The notes: generated by a model not told the origin, from the sequence alone. A stretch of DNA of 64,000 bases from an uncultured Mycoplasmatota bacterium (GCA_900546055.1 URBG01000001.1:21169-85168), one strand, 5' to 3'. Positions 38,534-49,692 are shown, counted from the first letter of the stretch. Translations and numbers: made by a program.

Positions 38534-40267
38534 ATGAAAACTAAATATAAATATTTAATCTTAATCGCAGTGACAATTATTGCATCAATTTTCATCTATA
38601 ACTATATCGAGGAAAATACAATGGTAGATTTTAAAACTGATCTTTTAGGAGAACAAAAAGAAATCGAAACTTCACTGTTAACTGATACTAACTACTCTAT
38701 TAACGAACCAAAAGTGGTTTTAAATCCTTATGAAATTTCACCACTTACTGCTCTTGTTATTTTTAAAACTAATGACTTGGCGTCTGTTACAGTAACGGTT
38801 AAAGGCAAAGATGGTGATGAGGATATTGTTAATACTTTTGTACCAAGCAAAGAACACTTTATATCGGTTTATGGACTTTATCCTGATTATGAAAATACAG
38901 TTATAATTACGACTAGCGGTGAAGAGAAAGAGCTTAAAATTAAAACTGACAAAGTAGAAATTGGACTAGAAAATGCAACAGTTAATAATGAAAGCTCAGA
39001 TGAATTTTTGTTTACAACTTCAAAAGACGTAAATGGTTATCCTGTTGCCTATGATAAAAAAGGAAATATTAGATGGTATTTAACTGAATCTTGCGGTTGG
39101 GATTTTACAAGACTTAGTAATGGATATGTTTTATTAGGAAGTCCTGATTTAATGAAAGAACCCTATTACTCATCTGGTCTTGTAGAAATGGATTTACTTG
39201 GAAAGGTATATTACGAATATAATCTTCCAGGTGGATATCATCATGATGTATTTGAAATGACTAATGGAAATCTTTTAGTTCTTTCCAATAATTTTGAGGG
39301 TGGAACAAAAGAAGACTATATTGTTGAATTAAATCGGAATACAGGAGAAGTTGTTAAAAAATTTGATTTATATGATTTAATGCCTAATGATGATGGGGAA
39401 AATTGGATATCATTAAATTCTGTGGCATATAATGCAGCGACTAATTCGATTTTAGCGGTTGGTGTGAATAAAGATATGATTGTTAATATCGATTACACAT
39501 CTGGTGAATTAAATGGGTTAATTGCTGATAAAAAGAAGGTTCCAAAGGAATATCAAAAATATTTGTTGCAAAATGATGGCGAGTTTGAATCCCCTATTAA
39601 ACCACAGGCTGTAACTTTAACTAAAAATGGAAATTTTGCTTATATAAATAACAAAGATGGCGAAAATCATTTGATTGAATATACGGTAAATACAAGTGAA
39701 AGACGCTTTAAAGAGGTGAAAAATATCAATCTTGGTAAAGCTAGTGCGGATGCCAACATTGAATATTCTGATGGTAAATTTATTATTACTCAGGACAAAG
39801 AAATTAAAGTTGTTGAAGATGAAGATGTTACTTCATTATTAACAACTGATCATGAACTTTACAGCGCTAAATCTACCAAAATGTATGCTGGTGATATGTT
39901 TATGAAGGTAGCTGGTATTAGGCTTGGTAGTACTGGCATCACACCAACAACCAATGATCATATGGTAATGTTCCATAAAAAGGATCCATCAATATATGAG
40001 CAATATGATTTGCACTTATCTAGTGATTCAAAACATTTTATTGTTGAAGGAACGTTTAAAAAATCTGACCAAATTCAAATTATATTGGATAATGTTTTAA
40101 GTAAAAAAACTTACGATGTTGATACAACTGAAGGAATAGAAACAAAAAGTGGGAAAATGAAAACTTCAACATATATTAGTAAGCAGGGAGTTTATGGTAA
40201 ATATTATATTTATTTAAGAATTAATGGTACTATCTATAAATTATCTAAATATTCAATGTTTAGTTAA
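38534..40267 (+). CDS. membrane-anchored arylsulfotransferase (ASST)-family beta-propeller protein
   Basis: N-terminal TM anchor and beta-rich repeats, with a GYHHD motif and an ENWISLNS segment that resembles the ASST dWxHxNS motif. TAGGAGG RBS. Confidence 0.4.
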   Translation: MKTKYKYLILIAVTIIASIFIYNYIEENTMVDFKTDLLGEQKEIETSLLTDTNYSINEPKVVLNPYEISPLTALVIFKTNDLASVTVTVKGKDGDEDIVNTFVPSKEHFISVYGLYPDYENTVIITTSGEEKELKIKTDKVEIGLENATVNNESSDEFLFTTSKDVNGYPVAYDKKGNIRWYLTESCGWDFTRLSNGYVLLGSPDLMKEPYYSSGLVEMDLLGKVYYEYNLPGGYHHDVFEMTNGNLLVLSNNFEGGTKEDYIVELNRNTGEVVKKFDLYDLMPNDDGENWISLNSVAYNAATNSILAVGVNKDMIVNIDYTSGELNGLIADKKKVPKEYQKYLLQNDGEFESPIKPQAVTLTKNGNFAYINNKDGENHLIEYTVNTSERRFKEVKNINLGKASADANIEYSDGKFIITQDKEIKVVEDEDVTSLLTTDHELYSAKSTKMYAGDMFMKVAGIRLGSTGITPTTNDHMVMFHKKDPSIYEQYDLHLSSDSKHFIVEGTFKKSDQIQIILDNVLSKKTYDVDTTEGIETKSGKMKTSTYISKQGVYGKYYIYLRINGTIYKLSKYSMFS

Positions 40268-40270
40268 AAA

Positions 40271-40295
40271 AACACTCGGAAATAATCCGGGTGTT
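40271..40295. terminator. bidirectional terminator between convergent genes
   Basis: aacactcgg / ccgggtgtt stem with one wobble, flanked by A and T runs. Confidence 0.5.
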
Positions 40296-40296
40296 T

Positions 40297-41895
40297 TTAA
40301 ATATTATATTTTCTAATAAATTCTTCATAATTCATTTGTTTATCTAGATACCCACCTTCGTTATCAAAATAAATCAAACGATTAGAAATTGATTCTATTA
40401 ATTCAGTGTCATAACTTGAAAAAATAACTGGTCCATCAAACTTACTTAAAGCGTTATTTAGTGAAGTTATTGATTCGATATCTAAATGATTTGTTGGCTC
40501 ATCTAATAATAGAACATTGCCTTTATTCATCATCATTTTTGAAAACATCAGTCTAACTTTTTCGCCACCAGAAAGGACGTTTGTTGGTTTTAAAGCTTCT
40601 TCACCGGAAAATAGCATACGGCCTAGGAAACTTCTAACAAAACTATCGTCTTTATTTTCTGAATATTTACGAAGGAAATCTACTAAAGTTTCATTACCTT
40701 TAAAATATTCATCATGATTTTTTGGAAAATAAGAGAAAATAACGGTTGCCCCAATTTTTATTTCACCACTATCGGGAACTAATTCGCCAGTTAAAACTTT
40801 AAATAATGCGGTTTTAGCTATTTCATTTTCTCCGATTAAAGCTATTTTGTCTTCAGTTCTTAAGGTAAATGAAAAGTCTTTAAGAATTTGTTTGCCTTCG
40901 ATTGTAACGTTTATTTTTCTTAAATATACAACTTCTTTTCCTAATCTTTTTTCATATTCAAAATTAATATATGGGTATTTTCTAGAAGACGGTTTTAATT
41001 CTTCTAATTCGATTTTTTCAAGAAGCTTTTTTCTTGAAGTTGCTTGTTTTGATTTTGAAGCGTTTGCCGAGAATCTTGCTATAAATGATTGAAGTTCTTT
41101 TATTTTTTCTTCTTTTTTCTTATTGCTGTCTTTGATTTGCTTTTGCATCAATTCATTTGATTGATACCAAAAATCATAGTTACCAACGCTCATTTTGATG
41201 CGTTCCCTATCAATGTCTACCATATGGGTACAAACAGTATTTAAAAAATGACGGTCATGAGAAACTAAAATGACAGTTCCTTTAAAGTTAATTAAAAAGT
41301 CTTCAAGCCAAAGTTTACTTTTGATATCTAATCCGTTTGTCGGTTCATCTAAAAGCAAAATATCAGGGTTACCAAATAAAGCTGACGCTAATAAAACTTT
41401 AACTTTGTCTTTTTCTTTAAGGTTAGCCATTTGTTCATCATAAAAACTATTATCAATGCCTAAGCCTGATAAAAGAATTGCAGCTTCGCTTTCGGCTTCC
41501 CAGCCATTCAAAGCTTCAAATTCGGCCTCTAGTTTACCTACTTTAATACCATCTTCATCAGTAAAGTCTGGTTTCATATACAAAGCTTCTTTTTCTTTCA
41601 TAATACCGTAAAGTTTCTCATTGCCCATAACAACCGTATCTAAAACGCTATATTCATCACAGGCATTATGGTTTTGTTTTAATACTGATAGTCTATCATG
41701 CTTATCTTTAACTATTTCGCCTTTGGTGGTTTCTACATCACCGGTTAATAGTTTTAAAAAGGTACTTTTACCAGCACCGTTGGCACCAATAACACCATAG
41801 CAATTATCTTCATTAAATTCTAAGTTAACATCTTCAAATAATACTCTACTACCAAATCGTAGAGTTACGTTTTTTACTTGTAACATATTTATCAC
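40297..41895 (-). CDS. ABC-F family ATPase (two NBDs, no TMD)
   Basis: Two Walker A motifs (GANGAGKST, GENEIAKT) and two signature motifs (LSGG…), with an inter-domain linker. Confidence 0.85.
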   Translation of the reverse strand: MINMLQVKNVTLRFGSRVLFEDVNLEFNEDNCYGVIGANGAGKSTFLKLLTGDVETTKGEIVKDKHDRLSVLKQNHNACDEYSVLDTVVMGNEKLYGIMKEKEALYMKPDFTDEDGIKVGKLEAEFEALNGWEAESEAAILLSGLGIDNSFYDEQMANLKEKDKVKVLLASALFGNPDILLLDEPTNGLDIKSKLWLEDFLINFKGTVILVSHDRHFLNTVCTHMVDIDRERIKMSVGNYDFWYQSNELMQKQIKDSNKKKEEKIKELQSFIARFSANASKSKQATSRKKLLEKIELEELKPSSRKYPYINFEYEKRLGKEVVYLRKINVTIEGKQILKDFSFTLRTEDKIALIGENEIAKTALFKVLTGELVPDSGEIKIGATVIFSYFPKNHDEYFKGNETLVDFLRKYSENKDDSFVRSFLGRMLFSGEEALKPTNVLSGGEKVRLMFSKMMMNKGNVLLLDEPTNHLDIESITSLNNALSKFDGPVIFSSYDTELIESISNRLIYFDNEGGYLDKQMNYEEFIRKYNI

Positions 41896-42012
41896 CTATC
41901 CGATTATATCATATTATCCTTATTTAGGCAAAGAAAAAAGAGGCTTATCTTTTACCTCTTAAAATTGTTGTTCATTTTTACTTGTTTTAATTATTATAGG
42001 ATAATAATTTAT

Positions 42013-44955
42013 TTATTTTTCAATTTCTTCCAATTTGACACTCACTAATTTACTAACTCCTGACTCTTGCATAGTTATTCCATATAACACGTCAGCATAT
42101 TCCATTGTTTTCTTTTTGTGGGTTATAATAATAAATTGTGACTTGTTTTTTAAAGTTGTAACGTATTTACCAAAGGTATCGACGTTAACTTCGTCTAAAG
42201 CTGCTTCAACTTCGTCTAAAATACAAAATGGCGCTGGTCTAGACTTGATAATAGCAAATAATAAACTAATAGCTGTTAAAGTCTTTTCGCCTCCTGATAA
42301 TAGGGAAATACTACTTAGTTTCTTTCCGGGCGGACTAGCAACAATTTCAACTCCAGTTTCTAGTAAATCATTTGGATCCGTTAGTTTTAAAGTGGCAGTT
42401 CCACCTTTGAATAATTCTTTAAAAGTTTCTTCGAAATTTTCGTTAATAACCTTAAAGGAATTATTAAATTCTTTGATCATCACTTTATCCATTTCGTCAA
42501 TGATTTGTAATAAAGTATTCTCGGCTTCAGTTAAATCATTTATTTGACTTAACAAAAATTCATATCTAGTACTAACGCGTTCATATTCTTCTGGGGCAGC
42601 TAAATTGACAATTCCAATTTCTTTTAGCTTGCGTTTTAAACTATTAACTTTTGTCTTAGCCAGATTATAATCGAGATCTAATTTGTAATTATCTTTGGCT
42701 TTTTCATAAGTCATACTATAAGTTTCGCTTAAAGTATTTAATAAATTGTCTAATTTAACGTCCATACGATTAACACTAATTTCTAAATCTTTTAATTCAT
42801 TTGTTTTAATACTATAAATACTATTTTCTTTTTTTACAGAAAGTTCATATTCTTCCAGTGACTCATTAAGATTTTGCTTTTCTTTATTTAATATATCAAG
42901 TTCTTTGGCTTTTTCTTCTTTTTGTTTCACGGTATTATAGTACTTATCAATAATTTCTTCTTCTTCTTTAGAAAGAGCTCCACCTAAAATATTGTTAGTT
43001 CCATTAATGTCAAGGTTGTTTTTTTCTAAATTATCTTTCAAAGTTTTTATGGCTTGATTTTTGCTATTAATTTGCTCTTGCTTAAGAAGTTTATCTTTGC
43101 TTAAAAGATATGCTTTATCTTCTAGCGATTTTAATTCATAATCTATTTCATTAATTTTGTTTTCAGAATCCTCAATTTTTTTAATTAAATTAGAAATATC
43201 TTTTAAAGTATTTTCTAATTCGTATTTATCACTGATAACATTACGAGCTTTATTTTGCTTTCCTCCGGTCATTGAACCACCGACATGAATGATTTCACCA
43301 GTTAGGGTCACAATGCGATATCTAGCGTTTATTAGTTTACTTAATTTTGTAGCATCATCGATATTTTCAGTTACTAAGACATTGCCAAGTTGATTTAATA
43401 TAATATTATTATATTTATCTTCGTTTTTAACTAAATCACTAGCGACACAAACGAAGTATGGCTCATGATTAATAGTGTTCATAGTTTCGTTATCGACGTA
43501 TTTTCCTTTTATGATATTTAACGGAAAGAAAGTTGCGCGGCCAATAGTTTTTAAGTAGTTAATGGCTTCTTTAGCGCTTCTTTCATCATCAACCACTATA
43601 TTATTAGCGCTATAACCTAAGGCGGTTGTGATAGCTAAGGAATATTTTTCATCTATTTCAATAAGATTGCCAATAATATTATGAATACCACGTAATTTAG
43701 GATTATTTAAAACGCTTTTAACGGCAGTTGGTAAACCACTACCATTTTCAATACTATCTTTTAATGAATCGGCTTTTATTTCTAAATTATGTTTTTGTCT
43801 AACATTGGTGGTTAATACTGTTTCGGCTTGATTCTTTTTAGATTTTAATTCAGCTAATTGATTATTTATGTTTTTTATTTTATCATCTAAATTAGTTGTT
43901 TCGTGGTTGATATTTATTATATCGGTTTCAAGACTATTTATTTCATTTTCTAATTTTAAGCCTTTTTCTTTTAATTCTAAAATTGTATTATGTAATTTAG
44001 CGTCATCTACTTCGTAATTTTTACGTTCTGTTATAATAGCCTTTTGGCTATTCAATTTTTCGGCTGACGTTGTTAATTCTAATATTTGACTTTGTACATC
44101 TTTAATTTTATTATCAATTTTAGCGATTTGATTTTTAAATAAAGTGGTTTTAACTTCAGAAGCAGTACTTGAAGATGATAATTTTATTATTTCATCATTT
44201 AAAGCGTCGATTTTTGTTTTACTTTCTTGATATTGATAATTTATGTTGGTGATGTCTTCAGTGATTAAAGCTATCTCAACATCTTCTAATTCGTCCTTAG
44301 CTCTAGTATATTCTAAAGCTTTTTCTTTAGCTTCTTTTAATGGCTCAATTTGTGGTTCTAACTCTTTTATGATATCATTTATGCGATTTAAATTATTATG
44401 AGTTTTATCTAATTTGCGAATAGCTTCTTCTTTGCGTCTTTTATATTTTAAAACGCCGGCTGCTTCTTCGAAAATCACTCTTCTCTCTGTTGGTTTACTA
44501 CTAATTATTGATTCGATTTTACCTTGGGATATAATGTTAAAGCTTTCTTTGGCAATACCACTATCTAATAACAAGTTTGTAATATCTTTTAATCTAACTC
44601 TTTCATTATTTAAAAAGTATTCATTAGTTCCATCTTTATAAACTCTTCTTTTGATGGCAACTTCATCATATTCTAAAGGAAGATATTTATCGGTATTATC
44701 AAATATTAAACTAACAGATGCAACATTCATAGGATTTCGGCTTTTACTACCAGAAAAAATGACGTCTGTCATATTACCGTCACCACGAAGTGATTTTACT
44801 GATTGTTCACCTAACACCCATCTAACAGCATCGACAACATTGCTCTTGCCTGAACCATTTGGTCCAACAATCCCTGTTATACCATTAGTTAATTCAATAT
44901 CAGTTTTGTCAGCAAAGGATTTAAAACCTTGTGCTTTTATTTCTTTTAAGTACAT
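42013..44955 (-). CDS. smc: chromosome segregation protein SMC
   Basis: N-terminal FKSF…GPNGSGKSN, long coiled coils, hinge, C-terminal LSGGEKTLTAISLLFAI…ILDEVEAALD. Confidence 0.9.
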   Translation of the reverse strand: MYLKEIKAQGFKSFADKTDIELTNGITGIVGPNGSGKSNVVDAVRWVLGEQSVKSLRGDGNMTDVIFSGSKSRNPMNVASVSLIFDNTDKYLPLEYDEVAIKRRVYKDGTNEYFLNNERVRLKDITNLLLDSGIAKESFNIISQGKIESIISSKPTERRVIFEEAAGVLKYKRRKEEAIRKLDKTHNNLNRINDIIKELEPQIEPLKEAKEKALEYTRAKDELEDVEIALITEDITNINYQYQESKTKIDALNDEIIKLSSSSTASEVKTTLFKNQIAKIDNKIKDVQSQILELTTSAEKLNSQKAIITERKNYEVDDAKLHNTILELKEKGLKLENEINSLETDIININHETTNLDDKIKNINNQLAELKSKKNQAETVLTTNVRQKHNLEIKADSLKDSIENGSGLPTAVKSVLNNPKLRGIHNIIGNLIEIDEKYSLAITTALGYSANNIVVDDERSAKEAINYLKTIGRATFFPLNIIKGKYVDNETMNTINHEPYFVCVASDLVKNEDKYNNIILNQLGNVLVTENIDDATKLSKLINARYRIVTLTGEIIHVGGSMTGGKQNKARNVISDKYELENTLKDISNLIKKIEDSENKINEIDYELKSLEDKAYLLSKDKLLKQEQINSKNQAIKTLKDNLEKNNLDINGTNNILGGALSKEEEEIIDKYYNTVKQKEEKAKELDILNKEKQNLNESLEEYELSVKKENSIYSIKTNELKDLEISVNRMDVKLDNLLNTLSETYSMTYEKAKDNYKLDLDYNLAKTKVNSLKRKLKEIGIVNLAAPEEYERVSTRYEFLLSQINDLTEAENTLLQIIDEMDKVMIKEFNNSFKVINENFEETFKELFKGGTATLKLTDPNDLLETGVEIVASPPGKKLSSISLLSGGEKTLTAISLLFAIIKSRPAPFCILDEVEAALDEVNVDTFGKYVTTLKNKSQFIIITHKKKTMEYADVLYGITMQESGVSKLVSVKLEEIEK

Positions 44956-45044
44956 ACTATCACCTTACACTTCCTTAATTATAACAAAAATACATAGAAA
45001 AAACAATCGGTTATAAATAGTGATTGCTTTTTAATTTAATAGTT

Positions 45045-45575
45045 TTAATTTACTAAGATTAATGTTAGAAAATCAGCAATAGAAGTACCTGTATCTTTCC
45101 ACCAAAATCCCATGTCTTTTAACCTATTATTTTTTGTATTTCTATTATCAATTATTAAAACGGCAGAGTCTTTTTCTTCAGTTAATTGAATATTTGTCGT
45201 ATATCTTTGATACCTATTTTTTAAATCTTCTAGTTCTTCTTTAGTTCCATATATAAACAAGTCTCCTTTATTTATATATACACTATCTCTAACAAAGGTT
45301 TTTAAAAATGGTTTTACTGTTTGATAATTACAAATTACATTATCAATACGTTTCTTTTTAAATGTTTTGCGAATTTTTTTAATATTTATGGTACGCCCTT
45401 TTTCTTTTAATTTCAATTTTTTCTTATTAAAATTTGAATAAGTTTCTTCTAGTAAATAGCAAGTTTCAATGCCATTGTTGTTCTGAATAGCTTTTTTTAT
45501 TTTTTCACTTTCGATACCAATTCCAATTAGACTTCCTTGCATCGATTTTATTTTGGTTAATAAAAATTTTTCCAT
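45045..45575 (-). CDS. hypothetical protein
   Basis: 176 aa K-rich ORF 1 bp downstream of the ThiF-family gene. Confidence 0.35.
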   Translation of the reverse strand: MEKFLLTKIKSMQGSLIGIGIESEKIKKAIQNNNGIETCYLLEETYSNFNKKKLKLKEKGRTINIKKIRKTFKKKRIDNVICNYQTVKPFLKTFVRDSVYINKGDLFIYGTKEELEDLKNRYQRYTTNIQLTEEKDSAVLIIDNRNTKNNRLKDMGFWWKDTGTSIADFLTLILVN

Positions 45576-45576
45576 T

Positions 45577-46248
45577 TTACTCCTCCTTTAATAGTTCGTT
45601 TATTGCATAATTTGCACATAATAGTCCAGCAACTGCTGGGACAAAGGCATTTGAACCTACTTTATCAATAATTATTGGTTTTTCAGTTGAAGAAACTACT
45701 GGAACTTTTCCATTTATTTTTTCTTCTTTTAAAAATTTTCGAATTTCTCTTGCTATTGGATCATAACTAGTTTTACGGACATCGATAATTTCTAATTTGC
45801 TGGCGTCCATTTTATTACCAGTTCCACAAGCAGAAATGAATTTTATTTTATTTTTAAGACAATTTTTTATAATTGCTTTTTTAGTAGATAAAGTATCTTC
45901 AGCATCAATTAAGAAATCTATTTTGTTTTTAAAAATAATATCGATGTTGTCTTTAGTGATAAAGTCTTTTATTTTTATAATTTCACATTCTTTATTTATT
46001 TCATTTCTACGATTTTCGGCTTCATCCACTTTATAATTACCAATGTTGGTATTTAAGGCTAGGAGCTGACGATTTAAGTTAGTAAGGTCGACTTTATCAT
46101 TATCAACGACAATTATTTGGCCAATACCGCTACGAACTAAGGCCTCAAAAGCATAGCTGCCAACACCACCTAAACCAATTAACAGTACGGTTTTGGATTT
46201 TAATATATTGATTTTTTCACCAATTAATAATTCTAACCTATCAAACAT
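45577..46248 (-). CDS. ThiF/MoeB/HesA-family protein, likely tRNA threonylcarbamoyladenosine dehydratase TcdA
   Basis: GLGGVGSYAFEALVRSGIG nucleotide-binding motif; about 220 aa, typical of the TcdA subgroup. Confidence 0.65.
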   Translation of the reverse strand: MFDRLELLIGEKINILKSKTVLLIGLGGVGSYAFEALVRSGIGQIIVVDNDKVDLTNLNRQLLALNTNIGNYKVDEAENRRNEINKECEIIKIKDFITKDNIDIIFKNKIDFLIDAEDTLSTKKAIIKNCLKNKIKFISACGTGNKMDASKLEIIDVRKTSYDPIAREIRKFLKEEKINGKVPVVSSTEKPIIIDKVGSNAFVPAVAGLLCANYAINELLKEE

Positions 46249-46284
46249 CTAATTCACCTAGTCAACATTATACACTAAATCAAT

Positions 46285-46313
46285 GAAAAAAAGAAGTTTC
46301 CTTCTTTTTTTTC
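46285..46313. terminator. bidirectional terminator
   Basis: aaaaaaagaag tttc cttcttttttt with a perfect 11-bp stem. Confidence 0.6.
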
Positions 46314-46353
46314 GCGGTTTTATTATATACTTCATTCTTAGGTTTGCTTATTT

Positions 46354-46998
46354 CTATGCTATTTTATATGGTTTTTCTTGTGTTCCCTCTCCTGTTAATG
46401 TGATGTCAGATTTCAGATAGAGAACTGGCCACACTGTAAAGTCAAATTGGCGTGTGGAATTATGGTTGATTGCGCCAACTGAACGCACATACAACGCTTT
46501 GGTTGATATATCGGCGTCTGGAGAAATTGTCCATGGGAAATTTTTATTATACAAGTAGTTTGTTGTTTTACATATTGAAGCATTAATATTATTTAAACTA
46601 AAATTACCACATTGTTCTATATTAGTATTTGCCCTTAAGTAATCACTTACACTCATTAATCCTATATTTCCTGTCCATACAGTTCCATTCTCACTTGCTA
46701 TTTGTCCGGCTAAATCTGTATTACCATATGTTACAGCCCCAATACCGTATGCATGGCTTTGTATTTGAGACTGTGCATCTGCTGATAAACTATTATAGTA
46801 ATCATTATTTAAGTATGTATTTAATGTGGCTGGTCGTACCCAATTGTTTGATTCAGAAGAATCCCACTGCTTCTTTCCAATATTTGCATTTCTTATTATC
46901 TTTAATACCCTATCATTTTCAACAGCGATCATTCGCCACTCTTCATTATTGAATGAGATATAGTATTCTGTATACCTATACAAAGTTCCAGAAAACAA
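46354..46998 (-). pseudogene. 3' (C-terminal) half of a secreted-protein gene disrupted by the integrated element
   Basis: No ATG; the ORF opens on TTG directly at the element boundary. Continues in-frame from the 54776..55438 ORF once the element is removed. Confidence 0.4.
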
Positions 46999-47104
46999 CC
47001 ATTTTATCCGAAAAACAACATTTAATGAATTATATTAATATAAAATTCGTATTCACTTCTATAATTATTCGTATTTTTTTAGCTGAATTATCATATTTTT
47101 TTAT

Positions 47105-47132
47105 CAAAAAAAGCTTGGATACAATACCAAGC
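47105..47132 (-). terminator. rho-independent terminator after the integrase
   Basis: Minus-strand gcttggtattgtatccaagc hairpin followed by TTTTTTT. Confidence 0.5.
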
Positions 47133-47176
47133 CACAAATTTACTAATTAACACTAAATAATATTAAATAAAATTAC

Positions 47177-48472
47177 CTAAATATATTGTGCAACCATATC
47201 ATCAAGTAAAATATCTATTAAATATATTTCATTATTATTTTTTTGAATAACATCATCTGCATATTCATTTAATACATCTACACAATCTATAATTATTTTC
47301 CCTTTATCAAAATAATTTTTTGTTGTAACATCTATTTCTGCATGCCCCAATTCTTCTGAAACAGCTTTTAAATTAATATTATTTGTTAATAATAATGTTG
47401 TATATACATGTCTTAATCCGTGAAATGTTATTTTTGGTAAATTGTTATTTTCCAATAAACTATCAAAATATTTATAATGAAAACTTGCACCTCTTGCACT
47501 TCCATCTGCAGAAAAACAAATATAATCATTATCAACAAAATTTTTGTTTTTAATCTTTCTTTCTGTTTTTATTTCTTCATATTTCTTCTTTTGTTCTAAA
47601 ATTGCTTCAAAAACTATATCAGGAATATACTGTATTCTATCAATTTTTCGAGATTTTAATTTTATTTCTTGCTTTGTTTTGTATTTTCCGTTTAAATGAT
47701 TTGTCTCTTCATTCATTTTATTTATATCAGTTCCAATTTGTCTTTGTATGTGTATTGTTCTCTTTATAAAATTAATATCAGAAAATTTCAATCCTCTTAT
47801 TTCACTTTTTCTCATTCCCATTAAAACAGCAAATAAAACATATAAATATATTGGAGTGTTTGTGCTTTTATTAATTAATAATTGAACTTGAGATATTGAA
47901 AATGTCTCTTTAATTTTATTTTTTTTATTATGTTCAATTTCATTTAATATATCTTTTGGCACATTAATACCTTCAGCAACATTTAAAGATACTAAATTAT
48001 TGTTTTTTGCATATTTCAACGAATTACTCATTGTGATTAATGCCCATGAAGCAAGCGATAAATGTTTATCAGAAACAAATTTTATAAATCTATTTATATG
48101 TCCTATGTTTAATTGATGTAAATATAAATTATCAAAATATTCTTTTGCATAATTATAAACTATATTTTTGTACGAATTAAATGTATTATACTTAACTTCA
48201 TTTATTTTAATGTTTTGTAACCAATATTCTAAATAGTCAAATACCTTAATGTTTTGATATAAAACATATTCACTAAGATTTAATTGCGTAATTTTCTCTT
48301 CTCTATCTTTTTTTGCTTCTCTTTGCGTAGAAAATCCACCATGTTGTTTCAACAAAGTACTATTATCGTTAAATTTAAATAAAATTCTATATCCATACTT
48401 GTTTTTTAATTTTATAACATCATAAACAGTATATTCAATAATTTTTCGTTCTACGATTTCTTTAGTTAACAT
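47177..48472 (-). CDS. tyrosine-type site-specific integrase (phage integrase family)
   Basis: N-terminal arm/core-binding region and catalytic domain with R…HGLRHVYTTLLL…Y motifs. Confidence 0.85.
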   Translation of the reverse strand: MLTKEIVERKIIEYTVYDVIKLKNKYGYRILFKFNDNSTLLKQHGGFSTQREAKKDREEKITQLNLSEYVLYQNIKVFDYLEYWLQNIKINEVKYNTFNSYKNIVYNYAKEYFDNLYLHQLNIGHINRFIKFVSDKHLSLASWALITMSNSLKYAKNNNLVSLNVAEGINVPKDILNEIEHNKKNKIKETFSISQVQLLINKSTNTPIYLYVLFAVLMGMRKSEIRGLKFSDINFIKRTIHIQRQIGTDINKMNEETNHLNGKYKTKQEIKLKSRKIDRIQYIPDIVFEAILEQKKKYEEIKTERKIKNKNFVDNDYICFSADGSARGASFHYKYFDSLLENNNLPKITFHGLRHVYTTLLLTNNINLKAVSEELGHAEIDVTTKNYFDKGKIIIDCVDVLNEYADDVIQKNNNEIYLIDILLDDMVAQYI

Positions 48473-49089
48473 GATAATAAATTCTCCGAATATCCTTCTT
48501 GTTCAATTTTGAAAGTACTGTTTAAGAATGATAAAATTTTATTTTTCTCATCCATCACTTCACAATAATAATCAAATGTAGTATGAACTGAGGTGTGTCC
48601 TAACATGGCAGAAATAATTTGTATATCTACGCCTTTTTCCAACAAAATTGTAGCACACATATGTCTTAAAGAGTGGACTGTAATGTGTGGTAAACTCAAT
48701 TTTTTGCATATTCGCTTTATCTGATCATTAAGAATTGTTGTACCATGCGGTTTACCATTTACTTGACAACTAACATAATCATTGTCAGTATATATTGCTT
48801 CATAAAATTTCTTATTATAATTATTCAATTGTTCTCTTTTTTCTAATTCCTCTACAACTACTGTTGGAATCTTAAATTTTCTGTTCCCAGCTTCTGTTTT
48901 TGTATTTGTTTCTATTTTTCTAGTAGAAAATGATTTACATGTTTTTGCTTTTAAATTGTGTTTAACAACTATCTGTCTTTCAATAGACAAATAAATAAAA
49001 TCATCAAACGAATGAAAATCCGAAAATTTTAATCCTGCTATTTCACCTTTACGAAGTCCACAAAATATTTCCTCCCTAGGGTACAGCAA
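48466..49089 (-). pseudogene. 5'-truncated second tyrosine integrase (catalytic domain only)
   Basis: Starts on TTG mid-domain (LRKGEIAGLKFSDF, paralogous to MRKSEIRGLKFSDI in the full integrase). HSLRHMCATILL…Y retained. Confidence 0.6.
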
Positions 49090-49206
49090 ACATCTGAATT
49101 AATATAACACTTTTTATATATTTTTACAATAAAATTTCTATATATTTATAATAAAAAGCAAATCAATGAAGATTTACTTTTTTAAAACTATATTGTCTGA
49201 TAATAA

Positions 49207-49692
49207 TTATTCTTCGTAAATTATATGTTCCAATTGATTATTATTATCATTTTTTATTTTTTCTTTTAAAATATTAAGTAAAAAATTATAATTATCAATT
49301 TCTGTTATTTTAGCCCATTTAAATTTTGACTTTCCATCATGTTCTTCATCTAAGGAATTATATTCCTTATCATCAGTATATCCTGATTCAGTTTCATCAA
49401 TTTCTGTATTATAATAAAAACCTATTTCATGATACTTTGTACCATTTGGTACATTTGTAATTGCTTCTATTATATATTTTAAGTGTAATTCACATTCAAG
49501 TCCTAATTCTTCTTGTAATTCTCTTTTTATTGCGTCACCACTGTTTTCTAATGTTTCTAAACGCCCTCCAGGTAACATATAAATATCATGTTTTTGTTTT
49601 TGCACCAAAACTTTTGTATGATTTTGATTAAAAATTATTGCACCAACTCTTACTCCAAATCTAGTTGTATCATCTTTCATTGTAATAACCAT
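49207..49692 (-). CDS. NUDIX hydrolase
   Basis: Nudix box GGRLETLENSGDAIKRELQEELGLE. Confidence 0.8.
   Translation of the reverse strand: MVITMKDDTTRFGVRVGAIIFNQNHTKVLVQKQKHDIYMLPGGRLETLENSGDAIKRELQEELGLECELHLKYIIEAITNVPNGTKYHEIGFYYNTEIDETESGYTDDKEYNSLDEEHDGKSKFKWAKITEIDNYNFLLNILKEKIKNDNNNQLEHIIYEE

Noticed and set aside
46948-46955. The 8-bp flanking repeat as a mere coincidence of similar codons (YI[ST]FN occurs on both sides)
   Set aside because: It is not fully rejected, because protein-level similarity could generate a short shared 8-mer. However, the identical codon phase, the TTG start of the distal half, the adjacent integrase and the clean in-frame fusion after excision make insertion the better explanation. 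It is kept as a hypothesis with moderate confidence.
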